Shown piece after piece: positions 34,377 through 34,401 of a stretch of DNA of 34,401 bases (within the stretch, counting starts at the first letter, position 1; the number at the start of each line of letters is the position of its first letter). Source of the DNA: Octopus bimaculoides (taxonomy: Eukaryota); the NCBI RefSeq assembly GCF_001194135.2, contig NC_068987.1:25805498-25839898 (forward strand), given 5' to 3'. The position numbers were made by a program, and so were the translations under genes. The notes beneath the pieces were generated by a model. It was not told where the DNA came from and did not search any database. It saw only the letters and a list, made by a program, of their open reading frames with translations.

Positions 34377-34401
34377 CATCCAACCACGTGCTTTCACACA
34401 C

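Overview
AT-rich eukaryotic genomic DNA with one 671-bp assembly gap (3114-3784). It is dominated by tRNA-derived SINEs, MITE-like elements, decayed RTE-type LINE 3' ends and microsatellites. The repeat families look like octopus (coleoid cephalopod) repeats; this is recognised from memory, not verified. Nearly all ORFs in the supplied track are artefacts of repeats and microsatellites. One coding exon is well supported: + strand 16642-16804, encoding the N-terminal Cys cluster and TM1 of a proteolipid/M6 (PLP-DM20-GPM6) family protein, with 1/2 intron phases like PLP1 exon 2. I could not locate its first or third exon with certainty. At 26.3-31.1 kb a chain of small splice-flanked islands suggests a second, unidentified gene. 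It is most plausibly on the - strand, but a + strand reading also splices in frame. CpG density drops sharply at about 27.7 kb, consistent with a methylated gene body. Other notable structures are a 36-bp inverted repeat around a promoter-like CpG island, an 87-bp foldback, a 62-bp exon-fragment duplication and a recent-looking hAT MITE. I found no rRNA, true tRNA, CRISPR or intact transposase, and I cannot support a claim of a wholly new biological system.
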